A stretch of 61,954 nt of DNA from a virus (taxonomy: Duplodnaviria > Caudoviricetes). Below the pieces are notes generated by a model. It had not been told where the DNA came from. It saw only the letters and a program-made list of their open reading frames with translations, and did not search any database. Positions 1 through 10,294 of the stretch are shown one piece after another (within the stretch, counting starts at the first letter, position 1; each line of letters begins with the position of its first letter). The stretch spans positions 1 to 61,954 of IMG/VR virus record IMGVR_UViG_3300037840_000222. The stretch is one strand, 5' to 3'. A program made the translations under genes and the position numbers.

Positions 1-270
1 CACAGTACCTTCGAATATCGGTTCCACCATAGATAGAACTTGAGTTAATCCTGGGTCTCGGACATCGGGTATTTCTATGGGAAGAGAGTTCATAGTTCGT
101 AGATAATATTGGGCTTGGAGAATACGACCGAGATTGCCGTTCTCAAATCCAGCTTTTACTCTATTGTTGATGGCGAAAAGTACGGCCAAGATTCCATTGA
201 CGCCGTTCTCTTTTCCCTCCATCCAGGCTAGGTGACAGGCTAATCCGTTTAATAATTCAGAGCCTACCAT
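1..270 (-). CDS. SleB-like cell wall hydrolase (Hydrolase_2), partial; runs off the window edge
   Basis: Manual translation MVGSELLNGLACHLAWMEGKENGVNGILAVLFAINNRV resembles the SleB N-terminal LA..E..GE...G..AV..VI.NRV motif. Not in the ORF track because it is truncated. Confidence 0.55.
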   Translation of the reverse strand, partial: MVGSELLNGLACHLAWMEGKENGVNGILAVLFAINNRVKAGFENGNLGRILQAQYYLRTMNSLPIEIPDVRDPGLTQVLSMVEPIFEGTV

Positions 271-379
271 CAGCACCCCTTAATAGCAAAAAATAAAACT
301 ACGGTTAAAACAAAAACAAATCCGAATATAACCGTAAATATGGCTTTCATCGGATTAGGCAATCCGTTTAGCGGTTCAC

Positions 380-748
380 TCATGCTTCACCCACCTGTAT
401 CACTCCGTCAGTCTTAGGAATTCCATTAATGGAATTTTTCTTCTTTGCTTCGACTTGTCTATTTATCTCGTCCTGTTGGATCAATTCTTTTGGGGAATAG
501 GGGTCAGGAAGGTCTCTAAGGAACCGCCAGTTACAGTCCCGCGAACAGAAATTATACACCTTTTGTGGTTGAGAAAGGTCGGACCGCTCTTCATAATTCG
601 GCTGCCAGTTACAAGCCTTATAGTATTCATCCGGCATCTGTTCCGGGTCTTGACTAACTGCCGCAGGACTCCAAGCTATCCTACATGCCTGTCCGTTCTG
701 GCCCTTGGTACATTTTATGTAATCACATATTACGCCGTTAATAATCAA
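380..748 (-). CDS. hypothetical Cys-containing protein
   Basis: 122-aa ORF in the minus-strand gene block; contains a palindrome-encoded SINGI. Confidence 0.55.
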   Translation of the reverse strand: MIINGVICDYIKCTKGQNGQACRIAWSPAAVSQDPEQMPDEYYKACNWQPNYEERSDLSQPQKVYNFCSRDCNWRFLRDLPDPYSPKELIQQDEINRQVEAKKKNSINGIPKTDGVIQVGEA

Positions 749-899
749 TCAGTTATCTCCTCTACACAATCAACTCTAAAATAAGGCTCTCGATTCCTTA
801 GGATCGATACTGCGATTTTTTGCGCCCATTCTTCTGTAGTGGCGGCTACTTCGACCATCTCTTGATCTGGATAAGATAAAAATACCCTGTATTTTTTAA

Positions 900-1382
900 T
901 CACGCCATCATTTCCTTCAATTCTTTAAGGGCTTTCTCTTTTTCCCTATGCACCCAGTATCTATCTTTACCATACAGTTCCCCAATCTCAGTTTCTGTGT
1001 GCCGAGTTGTACCACCTAATCCGAAAAACGATTCCAAGATAAATTGATGTAGTGAAGAGAGACTGTTTAAACATTCAATCGCTTTGGTAGCGTCTATTAG
1101 AATATCGACTGATGGCTGACGAATTTGCTGGCGGTCTATTTTTTTCACAACTCCCGGATCAGATATATCTTCTGTGTTAGGTGGACGGATTCGGAGAGAA
1201 TCGATAATAGTATTCCGGATAATAATATAAGCTAGCCGAGGGCTATTGATCTTTTCTCTATTCACAAAAAGAGCGAGGTTCGCCTCCTGCCTCAAGTCTT
1301 CCTTATCCTGCCAAGGAATCCTACGGGCGTATTTATAGATGACTTTTTCTATTAGTTCGTCGTATTTACTATTTTCGCCCAT
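900..1382 (-). CDS. phage sigma-70-like RNA polymerase sigma factor
   Basis: Region-2-like DKEDLRQEANLAL and region-4 HTH TETEIGELYGKDRYWVHREKEKALKELK. Start at MGENSK (1382) is more plausible than 1454. Confidence 0.8.
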   Translation of the reverse strand: MGENSKYDELIEKVIYKYARRIPWQDKEDLRQEANLALFVNREKINSPRLAYIIIRNTIIDSLRIRPPNTEDISDPGVVKKIDRQQIRQPSVDILIDATKAIECLNSLSSLHQFILESFFGLGGTTRHTETEIGELYGKDRYWVHREKEKALKELKEMMA

Positions 1383-1518
1383 TCGGCTTCCAGTCTTTGT
1401 GTCTCTTCCGTTTGTTGAACGATTCCGACTTTTGATACTTGGCACCCGGTGCAATACATACTGGGATCGCCGTCAGTTGTTCCATTATAAAGTCCATGAG
1501 GGCATCTAGGTATCGACA

Positions 1519-1905
1519 TTATTGTTTCCCACCCCAGCGGCGGTTACCATGAAAACTGTCTTTGTGCCCGGTGTGACAACTATTACAGATAAACCAACTA
1601 TTCTCCACCGATACCTCTCCTTCGTGCCCTCTCGGAACCATCTCGTGCATTTCCCCACTGCGCTCCGTAGTTATTTCGCCGCAGCGTTCACACTCTCCCT
1701 GAGATCGTTCAAAGACTATCTTACGCACGACCGCTACGGCATCTTTTTTTGGCCACTCTCCCACCCGACCTTCAGCGTAGGCAGGGGATAGAACTGCGAA
1801 GGTTCGTCCCCTGAATATCCTGATGGGATAGCCGTTAACCAATTCTACGTAGACTCGGTTACGGCTCAATCGTGCCACGCATCCGGACAGTATCCACAAT
1901 ACCAA
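1519..1905 (-). CDS. HNH endonuclease
   Basis: CERC...HEMVPRGHEG...N...ICNSCH, a zinc-binding HNH pattern. Confidence 0.75.
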   Translation of the reverse strand: MVLWILSGCVARLSRNRVYVELVNGYPIRIFRGRTFAVLSPAYAEGRVGEWPKKDAVAVVRKIVFERSQGECERCGEITTERSGEMHEMVPRGHEGEVSVENSWFICNSCHTGHKDSFHGNRRWGGKQ

Positions 1906-2004
1906 TATTTATCATCTACAGTACACTCCAACTCTTTACCTCGTTTAAACCCTCTAGGGAGTTTTGCATCAGCATCCCACGCGGACACATAGAATTTATA
2001 ACCT

Positions 2005-2772
2005 TTATACTGACTTAGACAAGTTGGGCATTGCTTCTTCGTTTCCATTTTTTATCCATTCTATCTCCGCAGCGCCATCAGGGTTTTGATTAGACTTCCA
2101 CTCGTACTCTGAGATAAATTCGCGGACTAGTTTTAGCAGGACTTCTTTCATTATAACATGAGCGGGTAGGGCCTTCGGAATTGGTGGGTCGGTTTTAATA
2201 GCTAGATCGAACCCATGAAGTAACTCTTCTTTCTCTCCTGGGGTTAGATAACAGCCCTTCAAATCAAACCATTCGCCTTTTTCGTTATGGTCGATAACGT
2301 GGAACGATTTATGGACGGCTTCTCTGAAACTAGCGGCTGTCACTTTCGGGTCACGGGCTTGTTCTAATATCTCTTCTGACGGCGCTTGATCTGTAGCAGC
2401 GACCGCCTTACGTAATTCTCCTGCCTTATTAATCCCCATCTTTAACATAGTCTCGTCATCTACATATTCGGACAGAGTTTTGACGGTGGACTTATAGGCA
2501 TAGAGTTGACTCTTTCCCTTCCCATAAATCTCTTCTAGAAAAGAGTAATACTCTCTCCAATTATTATAACCGAGAATAGTCCAGTAAAGTTTCTTCTCCA
2601 TTTCATAGATATCTCTACCAAGGGAGACATAGCCTTTGTCTAACGCAGCTTCTGATACTTTGACTTTCTTGATGGTATCTAATATGCGTTGGTGGGTTTC
2701 GTGCGCCAAATTTTTCTCTTGAGGAGTAGGCGGCTCAATTATTTTAGGCTCATACTGTTTAAGTTGATTCAA
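2005..2772 (-). CDS. hypothetical protein, possibly DNA-binding
   Basis: 255-aa ORF; the LGYNNWREYY...SQLY segment resembles helical phage DNA-binding proteins. No firm family. Confidence 0.6.
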   Translation of the reverse strand: MNQLKQYEPKIIEPPTPQEKNLAHETHQRILDTIKKVKVSEAALDKGYVSLGRDIYEMEKKLYWTILGYNNWREYYSFLEEIYGKGKSQLYAYKSTVKTLSEYVDDETMLKMGINKAGELRKAVAATDQAPSEEILEQARDPKVTAASFREAVHKSFHVIDHNEKGEWFDLKGCYLTPGEKEELLHGFDLAIKTDPPIPKALPAHVIMKEVLLKLVREFISEYEWKSNQNPDGAAEIEWIKNGNEEAMPNLSKSV

Positions 2773-3120
2773 TCTTTTGTCCCGTCACAAAAATATCTTG
2801 TCCCGTTAATTCTTTAATCAGTTCGTTAAAGGCTTTCCAATCAACATGATAGCCTTGGGTTGCTAGTTGCGAATGTACTTCCAAATTTTCTAGAAGTTTT
2901 ACCAATTGTGGTAGTGCCGAACACAGTGTTGCTTCTCTTGCGTATGTCAATTATTCTTTGTACTCCAATCCATTAACGTTATATTCGATTGCGTAGTGAT
3001 AGAAATTCCTAACTTTGGGTATACTAGATATATACTGTTCGGCCAATTCCTTCGTCGCGTAAACCCCTAAGATTTCTACCTCGTGATCTACAGAATCTAT
3101 TTTTGTAATAATCCAAACTG

Positions 3121-4167
3121 TCATATCTTCATACCCGCCATAAGTAATCTTTTTTCTCCGGCTTCTATAAGGAACGGACTTCCTGATCCGTTCACCTTGA
3201 ATATAATGGTATCACAACCGCGAAGAGTTGTCAAGTGTTTTTTTAAGAAATTTTCATTCACCCCTATTTTAAAACAGACTGGCTCATCGAAAGCGTCTGG
3301 AACAATTGGGGTATATTCGATCTCATGTTTTGCCGACCCCTCCGAGTTTTTACAGGAAAGACCGAGAACATCGCCCTTGAAGTCAAATATGACAAGAGGC
3401 TTTTCCTGATCGACGGTGGGGGATAGAAGGGACAGTGCTTCCTGCAATTCATCAGTTTTGATCTCCACTATTAGTTTATAGGATTTAGGAATTACTTTTT
3501 GGATATCCGGAAAAGGCTTTGTCAGTTTCTTTGTCCAGACCGTTAACTCGTTTGTTTTAAAGAAGATACAGGAATTGGATTCTGAAATCTCTATATCTGA
3601 TTCTAAATCTTTAATGGCTCGGACGATCTTGGAAGGGATGAGAAATTTGATCCCGGCTTCGATTAACATTTCTGCCGTCATGAAGGCTATTCTTAGATTG
3701 TCCGTGGCTGTAGCTTTTAGAGTATGGATTCCGATTTCCAGATGAACCGACCCCGTATGGTCGAACCGAACGCCGTCAGTCGTGACTGAAGAGGCATAGG
3801 CCAATAGGTCGTTTAAAATCTTACCAGACAGCTTAATTCCATTAATGGAATTTTGGGGAACCTCTGGGGGTTTGTCTTTCAGAATCGGGATGTCGGCTTT
3901 GAACTTTCCGCTACGGATGGTAAGCGGCTTGCCTTCCTCCCAACTTATGGCGGCGTCTTTTGTCAGTTTAGAACATATGGAATTGAACAGACGGCTGTTC
4001 ACCATAAGTCTATTCTCTGCCTTAAACAAATCTGACGAGATTACTATCCCCATATCCCCGTCAGAAACAGAGAGACCCTCGCCCCCGATACAGGTGTCGG
4101 TACTGGCTACGGTCGAAAGTCTCTTCACCAACTGTTTTAGATGGCTGGCAGAGATAGAAAGATTCAA
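3121..4167 (-). CDS. dnaN: DNA polymerase III beta-like sliding clamp
   Basis: 348 aa; ATATDNLRIA and KPFPDIQKVIP match the beta-clamp ATDG.RLA and G.FP.Y..VIP motifs. Confidence 0.85.
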   Translation of the reverse strand: MNLSISASHLKQLVKRLSTVASTDTCIGGEGLSVSDGDMGIVISSDLFKAENRLMVNSRLFNSICSKLTKDAAISWEEGKPLTIRSGKFKADIPILKDKPPEVPQNSINGIKLSGKILNDLLAYASSVTTDGVRFDHTGSVHLEIGIHTLKATATDNLRIAFMTAEMLIEAGIKFLIPSKIVRAIKDLESDIEISESNSCIFFKTNELTVWTKKLTKPFPDIQKVIPKSYKLIVEIKTDELQEALSLLSPTVDQEKPLVIFDFKGDVLGLSCKNSEGSAKHEIEYTPIVPDAFDEPVCFKIGVNENFLKKHLTTLRGCDTIIFKVNGSGSPFLIEAGEKRLLMAGMKI

Positions 4168-4339
4168 TTTTTTATGCTTTCAAAAACTCTACCTAAACAT
4201 ACTATTACGGCTACACATACCATACAAAAGAAGTCAAGTCCGCTTAGTTGTTTCTTTAAAAGATCGTAGGTTGTTCCGGCTATTGTGCACATGAAAAAAA
4301 TAGTAGTCATTGCCCACCACAATCCCATCTTTACGCTTT

Positions 4340-5125
4340 TCATATTTTCCATTTCTGCCAGTGACGGCGGTAAGCCTCTGATATTACGCGACTTATAAAA
4401 TTCCTATCCAGTTCGGCAGGGAGGGGGGATTTTGCTTCAGCTTCTTTACATATCTCAAACATCTTAGTGGCTTCTCTGATCACCCAATCCTCTGTATATT
4501 TTCCCGTTCTAATATTAATCAATATTTCTTTCTCTGGAGAGGGTAGAGTTATAATTCCTGATCTCATCAGTTCTTCACATTCAACCAAGAGTCGGATTAC
4601 GTGCATCGCAAACTTAGTATCGTACCCATATTTTTCTATCAAGTCGGGACGATTAACGTTTCGGCTTCTCTCCCCCGTCATCCGCATTAATTGAGCAGAA
4701 GCAAAGCCTAAAAATTGTTTAGAGTGTTTCTTACAGAGAAACGCACTTCGATATTTTCGGACAGCGTGAAACCAAGTGTCGGATTCCGACGGTCCTTTTA
4801 CAACATTGTCGGCAAACAGACTGTGTAGGATTGATGGATTGCCTTTACAAGCTAAGTTGGCCCATTTCTGTAATCCGTATAAAGTTATATCTACGTCATC
4901 TTTTCCGTTCTTTTGATCGTTCCCTGAAGTAGACCAGACGAAGTGTTCATAAGAATCTATCCCGATTATTTTCTCTGGTGGCTCTACATATACCCCATAG
5001 ATATCTAGGTCGTCGTAGCCTTCAACCTTGGCCCCGTGGAGAGCAGACCCACCGACAAACAGGTGGATAATTTCTGACCAGTACGGAAATTTAGCTGCTT
5101 TAACGTGATCTAAAAGATCAGGCAT
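4340..5125 (-). CDS. Pol-beta superfamily nucleotidyltransferase (YcgL/Nuc-transf type)
   Basis: GGSALHG...DDLDIYGVY, KGNPS and YDTKFAMHVIRL motifs. Confidence 0.85.
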   Translation of the reverse strand: MPDLLDHVKAAKFPYWSEIIHLFVGGSALHGAKVEGYDDLDIYGVYVEPPEKIIGIDSYEHFVWSTSGNDQKNGKDDVDITLYGLQKWANLACKGNPSILHSLFADNVVKGPSESDTWFHAVRKYRSAFLCKKHSKQFLGFASAQLMRMTGERSRNVNRPDLIEKYGYDTKFAMHVIRLLVECEELMRSGIITLPSPEKEILINIRTGKYTEDWVIREATKMFEICKEAEAKSPLPAELDRNFISRVISEAYRRHWQKWKI

Positions 5126-5133
5126 TTTACTCC

Positions 5134-5688
5134 TTATTGGTTTAAGAAAAATTTAACCGCTTCTTTATCTGGCTCTCTACCAAAAGTAGAGATGAATAGT
5201 TTTTCGGTCATACCTGGGTGGGTTAAATATTCTTCTGGAAAGAAAGGAATATCTCCTCCAGATAGCCATTTAAAATAATCCTGTCTCCACATTTCTAGAT
5301 CGAGACCCTTTACTGCCTTCGCTTGTATCAGGTCAGCTAAAGTTTCTGGGTCTTCTAGAGAGGCAGGGAAGCTAACTCCCTTCGTATCGTTATCCCAAAA
5401 ACACTGAAAAGCCATCAGTCCGTTTGATTCTTTAGCGAACTCGGAGGGCCGAAAGAATATGCTATTTGTTGGTTTCCATAATAGCAGTGTCAATAGATCA
5501 GCATATCCGTCCCAACTTAAAGCAGTTGTCTCGGATATCTTTTTATTGAGAGCATCGTAGCCTACCTGAATGCACCATCTTACGTGGCTATAGTCGCATG
5601 GTATGGCGATCATCTTTCTATCTTCAGAATCAAACTCCATTTTACATTTACATTTACAAATAGTGGATAGCCAAGTTATAAATCTCAC
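5134..5688 (-). CDS. hypothetical protein
   Basis: 184-aa ORF coupled to the primase-helicase stop codon. Confidence 0.55.
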   Translation of the reverse strand: MRFITWLSTICKCKCKMEFDSEDRKMIAIPCDYSHVRWCIQVGYDALNKKISETTALSWDGYADLLTLLLWKPTNSIFFRPSEFAKESNGLMAFQCFWDNDTKGVSFPASLEDPETLADLIQAKAVKGLDLEMWRQDYFKWLSGGDIPFFPEEYLTHPGMTEKLFISTFGREPDKEAVKFFLNQ

Positions 5689-7577
5689 CTGAACAACCTC
5701 TCCGGTTCTTTTTCTCTAGTAGTTGGGAAGAACGTACATACGTCCCCGTCAAACATCAATTCTGTATATGCATTACCAATTCCTAAATTTCTCCCCTTCT
5801 GTAAATAGACTTTGGTAAGCCGTTCATACGGTTCCCGTGGCGGTTTATCAGGATTGTCTATAGGGGCAACATCCCTGTGAATCGCATAGGCAGCATCGCT
5901 TGCGCTAATCAGCATCTCAGAACCCTTAGCGTCGGTTATGTGAATCGGCTTGCCTTTCATGGTGGAAAGAGCTTTGCGAGGTTGCCCCAGGTTAAACCAT
6001 TTGGTGCCGAATTTTTGGCTTAGGGATTTGATTCTATTCATCGCATTTTCCTGAGCCTTAATAGGGTCTTTTTCATTCACTGTTACGAAATGAATAGTAT
6101 CGAGAATAACGGTCGTTGCGCTGCTTCGCCGTATCGCTGCTTCGATTACATCTAACACCCCCATGATATCAGGAGTGTCGTTATTTCGTCCTATGTAATA
6201 CCGGGTATCAGACAGGAGCAGACCGGCTCGATCATAATCTTCTGGTTTCAGTTCGTGTCTGTTTTTATTTAGAAGGTAGGAAACGACGATTTGGTTGTAC
6301 TCTTCGTCAGATAATTCTGCGCTGTAGTTTAGAACTATCTCTCCACGTTTAACGGCCGCGTCTATGCTAGCATTCATCATCAGAGTGGACTTCCCCATCC
6401 CAGTTTGCGTGGCTGATAAATAAACCACTGACCCCGGCATGATAGTCGCCATCGCATCCATTTGTGGCCAGGGCCAGCGCCACCTGTACGGACTGTTTTC
6501 CGTGTCAATCCGCTGCCCGCGTTTAAGGTTATCTTTTAAATTAGAGAAGCCGGGTACTAAAATTTCTTTCGCCTTCACGGTTAGGCTCTCCACCAAATCT
6601 CTAAAGGCTGAGATGTCTGACTTACTGGCTTCAAGGAATAGTTGATTAGCGTCTTTTATCCCTTCTGGCCACGTCAATTTATAAACTCTTTCCTGAATCT
6701 CCCGAAGGGCTTTGTCCATATAATCAGACCCAGTTTGGTCGTTATCCCCGGCTAAGATTATACAATCGGCTTCTAAGAGTTTCTCCTTGTTGGCTGCCGT
6801 CAGAGGAGTTGAAGAGGATTGAACAGAGACGCACCTGAACCCCGCCTGTTCCATTGTTAAACAATCTATCTTACCCTCTGTTACGTATACGGCGTCCAAG
6901 GGTTCGATTGTGTCGGAGTTGAAGAGGGGAGTTGAGTCCCCTTTGGCCATACCGGATTGTCGGCAGAACTCTTTTTGGAGGATAGATCGGTACTCGATTG
7001 CGAGAACTCTTTCTCCTGAGACCGAAGGTAACGATATCCAGCCGCCGCCCGACACCATTGAATTGGCGGAAAGCCGTCCCACATCCTGCCTAAAACCGAG
7101 ATGCATTTTCTTAGCAGTTTCATAATCTATCCCCCTAGATTTTAACCAGTCTCGCCCGGCTTGACTTTCTTCTAAAGCCTTTTCGTATGTAGAATATTCT
7201 TCGAGTGAGTAAGAGACGGCCTTAGAATCTTTTCCATTAATGGAATTGAAAATCTTATCAGCAATTTTAGTCTTAGAAAACTTCTCACCGATTCCGAGTT
7301 CTGTTTTTGCTTTTCCCACTGCGTCAGGGAACTCCAGATTATCGAACTTTGTTATAAAAGAGATCACATCACCGCCAAAATTGCAGGCTCCAAAACATTT
7401 CCAATACCACCCGCCATTATAACTAATTACTTTGAATGACCCGGTTTTCTCGTTGTGGAAGGGACAGATCGCCGTGTAGTTTTTATCGGTTCCCTTCTTT
7501 AAACTAATCCTAGATGAGTAGAGGGGGAGTGTTCCGGGGTGGTTTTTTATCTCAATTACGTCTTTAGAATCAAACAA
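5685..7577 (-). CDS. DNA primase-helicase (CHC2 zinc finger + TOPRIM + DnaB-like SF4 helicase)
   Basis: CPFHNEKTGSF...CFGAC zinc finger; TEGKID and GDND TOPRIM motifs; Walker A ATQTGMGKS; ILDTIH. Confidence 0.92.
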   Translation of the reverse strand: MFDSKDVIEIKNHPGTLPLYSSRISLKKGTDKNYTAICPFHNEKTGSFKVISYNGGWYWKCFGACNFGGDVISFITKFDNLEFPDAVGKAKTELGIGEKFSKTKIADKIFNSINGKDSKAVSYSLEEYSTYEKALEESQAGRDWLKSRGIDYETAKKMHLGFRQDVGRLSANSMVSGGGWISLPSVSGERVLAIEYRSILQKEFCRQSGMAKGDSTPLFNSDTIEPLDAVYVTEGKIDCLTMEQAGFRCVSVQSSSTPLTAANKEKLLEADCIILAGDNDQTGSDYMDKALREIQERVYKLTWPEGIKDANQLFLEASKSDISAFRDLVESLTVKAKEILVPGFSNLKDNLKRGQRIDTENSPYRWRWPWPQMDAMATIMPGSVVYLSATQTGMGKSTLMMNASIDAAVKRGEIVLNYSAELSDEEYNQIVVSYLLNKNRHELKPEDYDRAGLLLSDTRYYIGRNNDTPDIMGVLDVIEAAIRRSSATTVILDTIHFVTVNEKDPIKAQENAMNRIKSLSQKFGTKWFNLGQPRKALSTMKGKPIHITDAKGSEMLISASDAAYAIHRDVAPIDNPDKPPREPYERLTKVYLQKGRNLGIGNAYTELMFDGDVCTFFPTTREKEPERLFR

Positions 7578-7841
7578 GTTACCTTCTATTTTTCATCTTG
7601 GAGTTGATAAGTCAGCAACATCCCTTTTTCGCCGTTAGTTTTTTCTATCCAATATCCATATCCTATTCCTTTAAAGAAGGCTCTTGGTTGTCTACCGTTA
7701 GGTTTATAGACCGTCTCCAATTGAACATCTATCCAAACTTTTTCAGTGTGAAAACAGGTTTTAGATGTTCGAATAGACCATACCTTTGGGTCGCCTCTTT
7801 GCATTGCTATTCTGTTAAAATGTAAATAAAAGACTTTCGGT

Positions 7842-8466
7842 TTAGGAAACTTGAATTTTTTCAATTGGCTTCTCAAATTTTAAATATTCGTATATCTTAA
7901 TATTATTACTATTTACCCCTCTGGCTAAATATTTATCAGGTTTTTGAAGGAATTCGTCGAATTCGACGGGCTGATATTGAGTGTATTCGATTGCGAACAA
8001 ACGCTGCCAAGGATTCTTTAATAATTTTCGATGGGGTAATGGACTCTCGTTTTCTTCTGGATGAAAGCCGTGCCATATGTTATGCAGATGTCCGTGGACT
8101 GCCAGATTACACCCCGGCGGCAGAAAATCTGATGGTTTGTGGGACAACCAAACTCCCCGATAGATCATACCGTCGCAGCAGAAATCCCACCCGTTGTTCA
8201 TCCACCAACTCGCAGAATGACCCTCATCGTGGTTCCCCCGTATGAGAATCTTCCTACCGGGGATATCTGCCAACATATCTTTGACGGGTTTCTTATTCCC
8301 TATAGCAACATCCCCTAGACAGATAGTCGTATCTTGCGGACGGAGTAACCGCCTCCAGTTTTTTAGGATTAGCTCTGTGAAGTTCTCCGGTCGTTGGCAG
8401 TATGTAATAATGTTTGAATGGTTAAAGGTGCAGATCAGAAATCAAGAATGTCGTATCTGGTTTCAC
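7842..8466 (-). CDS. calcineurin-like metallophosphoesterase, split by a +1 frameshift near 8425
   Basis: AGGAG RBS + GTG at 8466 gives KPDTTFLISDLHL-stop. The +1 frame continues NHSNIITYCQRP...LGD...RGNHD...HGHLH. Confidence 0.8.
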
Positions 8467-8493
8467 TCCGGGTCTCCTTTCCATTAATGGAAT

Positions 8494-8709
8494 TTAAATT
8501 TCTTCTATCTTACAAGAATGATGGCGGCGACTGTAGGAATTTACCAATTCCCATTTGTTATCTTTTAGCTCATACTTATCGACATTGTTGGTCCCACTTC
8601 GACCGGACGGACTATTTAGATAATCTAAGGCTTCGATAGAACTAGTGGTTAGGTTTGGAGACCCGTAACCTTCGTACTCATACGCATCGTACATAACAAA
8701 TAGAATCAC
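8494..8709 (-). CDS. 71-aa hypothetical protein, copy 1 (paralog at 35677-35892)
   Basis: Near-identical protein encoded 27 kb away. Confidence 0.75.
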   Translation of the reverse strand: MILFVMYDAYEYEGYGSPNLTTSSIEALDYLNSPSGRSGTNNVDKYELKDNKWELVNSYSRRHHSCKIEEI

Positions 8710-8893
8710 AGTCTATTCACACTCCCTCCCAGTCTTTCTATCCACCTCTTGAGATTCCCTAACGGCTGTTTTAAAAACCGTCGGAGAATAGGGGCGGCTT
8801 CTACTATTATACCATCTAACTCTACCACTCCACAAGTGAAGTTTGGTCCTCGGATATAGTACCAGTTAGCCCTTGGTTCCCACATTGGTCTGT

Positions 8894-9433
8894 TCATAGA
8901 TTGCTTCGCCATCTTTTATTGTTAATTATCTTAGAGATGGCCTCTCGCTTGACTCCGTACATGCTCGCCAATTCTCTTTGTAATACACCGCCTTTTGCGT
9001 AAAGACTACGGATATCGTCCGCTATTTTTTGGCTCAAGCTCCCTCTTCCGTGCCTGGAATTATGCTCGGCCCTAGTTAGAGGTTCCATATGATCGGGATT
9101 AACACACCCAGAGTTTTCACACTTATGGTGAATTTCAGCACCATCCGGTATTTTACCTTTTGACCGTTCGTAATAAACTCTGTGAGCTTTTTGAACAGCA
9201 CCATCAATGTTTAGTGATGCGTATCCGGTTCGGCTATCTCGGCATCGTTGCCAATTCCAGCATTCGGTATTGGTGTCTACTATATATTCCACAGAATAAG
9301 GATACTTATGGTGTCCGGATATATACTTTCTAGGTTCACCTTTTACAAATCCATATCTGGAATCCGTCTGAACGGCCAGAGATGTGGCTCGTCCACAACC
9401 GCACATACACAAACCGCCGTTCTCATTATACAT
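8894..9433 (-). CDS. HNH homing endonuclease with C-terminal HTH
   Basis: CWNW...AHRVYY...HHKCENSGCVNPDHM (HNH_3 type); N-terminal CMCGCG. Confidence 0.88.
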   Translation of the reverse strand: MYNENGGLCMCGCGRATSLAVQTDSRYGFVKGEPRKYISGHHKYPYSVEYIVDTNTECWNWQRCRDSRTGYASLNIDGAVQKAHRVYYERSKGKIPDGAEIHHKCENSGCVNPDHMEPLTRAEHNSRHGRGSLSQKIADDIRSLYAKGGVLQRELASMYGVKREAISKIINNKRWRSNL

Positions 9434-10076
9434 CTAATACTATCGGTTCGTTTCTAATTTTATAGTCTTCCCCGCAAGAGCTAGCGTTTATAAAAGTCGT
9501 TCCATTGAAGTCTTTTATTCCAGCATCTCCGTGCACGTGGCCAAAGCAGTGAATTTTTGGACGGACTTGTAAGGCTCTAGTTAATAGATCGTCACAACCA
9601 ACATGTTCGTATCTACCGTAGGGCCGATCTAAAATTCCTCGCGGGCCTCCGTGTGTCATCAGAACATCTATCCCCTCCGGAATCAAATCCCATTTAGATT
9701 TGATCGGTTCGCCTCTATCTAACATGAAGGCCCACTGTCCGAATGAAGGCGTCCAAGGAGAGCCGTAGATACGAAGACCTTCTAAAGTGATTTCAGAATC
9801 GGTTAGATGATGAAACCCTAGCCCGTTACTGGTGGCGACATACCGTCCCGTTTTCCATCCTGCATAGTAGTCTCGTTCATAATTGAAATCATGATTGCCG
9901 CTTATTAGTACGCGATGGAGGTGAGGCCGGGAGGAAAACCATTCGTGAAAATCAGATTCCTCTTTTCTCCATCCGGAGTTCGTGGAATCTCCACAGTGTA
10001 AAAGAATATCCCCGTCTGGCAGAGCAATCTCCCTATGACGGTTATGGGTATCGGAAATTATTACCAATCGAGGCAT
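9426..10076 (-). CDS. metallophosphoesterase (MPPED-like)
   Basis: SDTH, HCGD, GNHD, THG and FGHVH motifs. Confidence 0.9.
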   Translation of the reverse strand: MPRLVIISDTHNRHREIALPDGDILLHCGDSTNSGWRKEESDFHEWFSSRPHLHRVLISGNHDFNYERDYYAGWKTGRYVATSNGLGFHHLTDSEITLEGLRIYGSPWTPSFGQWAFMLDRGEPIKSKWDLIPEGIDVLMTHGGPRGILDRPYGRYEHVGCDDLLTRALQVRPKIHCFGHVHGDAGIKDFNGTTFINASSCGEDYKIRNEPIVLDV

Positions 10077-10294
10077 TTATTTATTCACCACCAAACAAGG
10101 TAGGGTAACATAAACCCCATCTGAATAGACAAGTGTTACTTCTGTGTCTGTTTTACAGGCTATCCGTAATTGTTCTAAGTCGGAACGCAGCATCCATACC
10201 TGAATAAAGACGGCGTCTGTCGACTTCTTAGGTGGGGTCTTTGAGGGAACAGAGAATCCTGTCGTCAGTAGAAACAGTATTAAAAGTAATCGCT

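Noticed and set aside
3845-4294. ORFs starting at the ATG inside the palindrome (3845, 7240, 38274-38498, and the 5' extensions of 23661, 40000 and 45435)
   Set aside because: They are by-products of the motif's ATGGAA, mostly antisense to well-supported genes or lacking an RBS.
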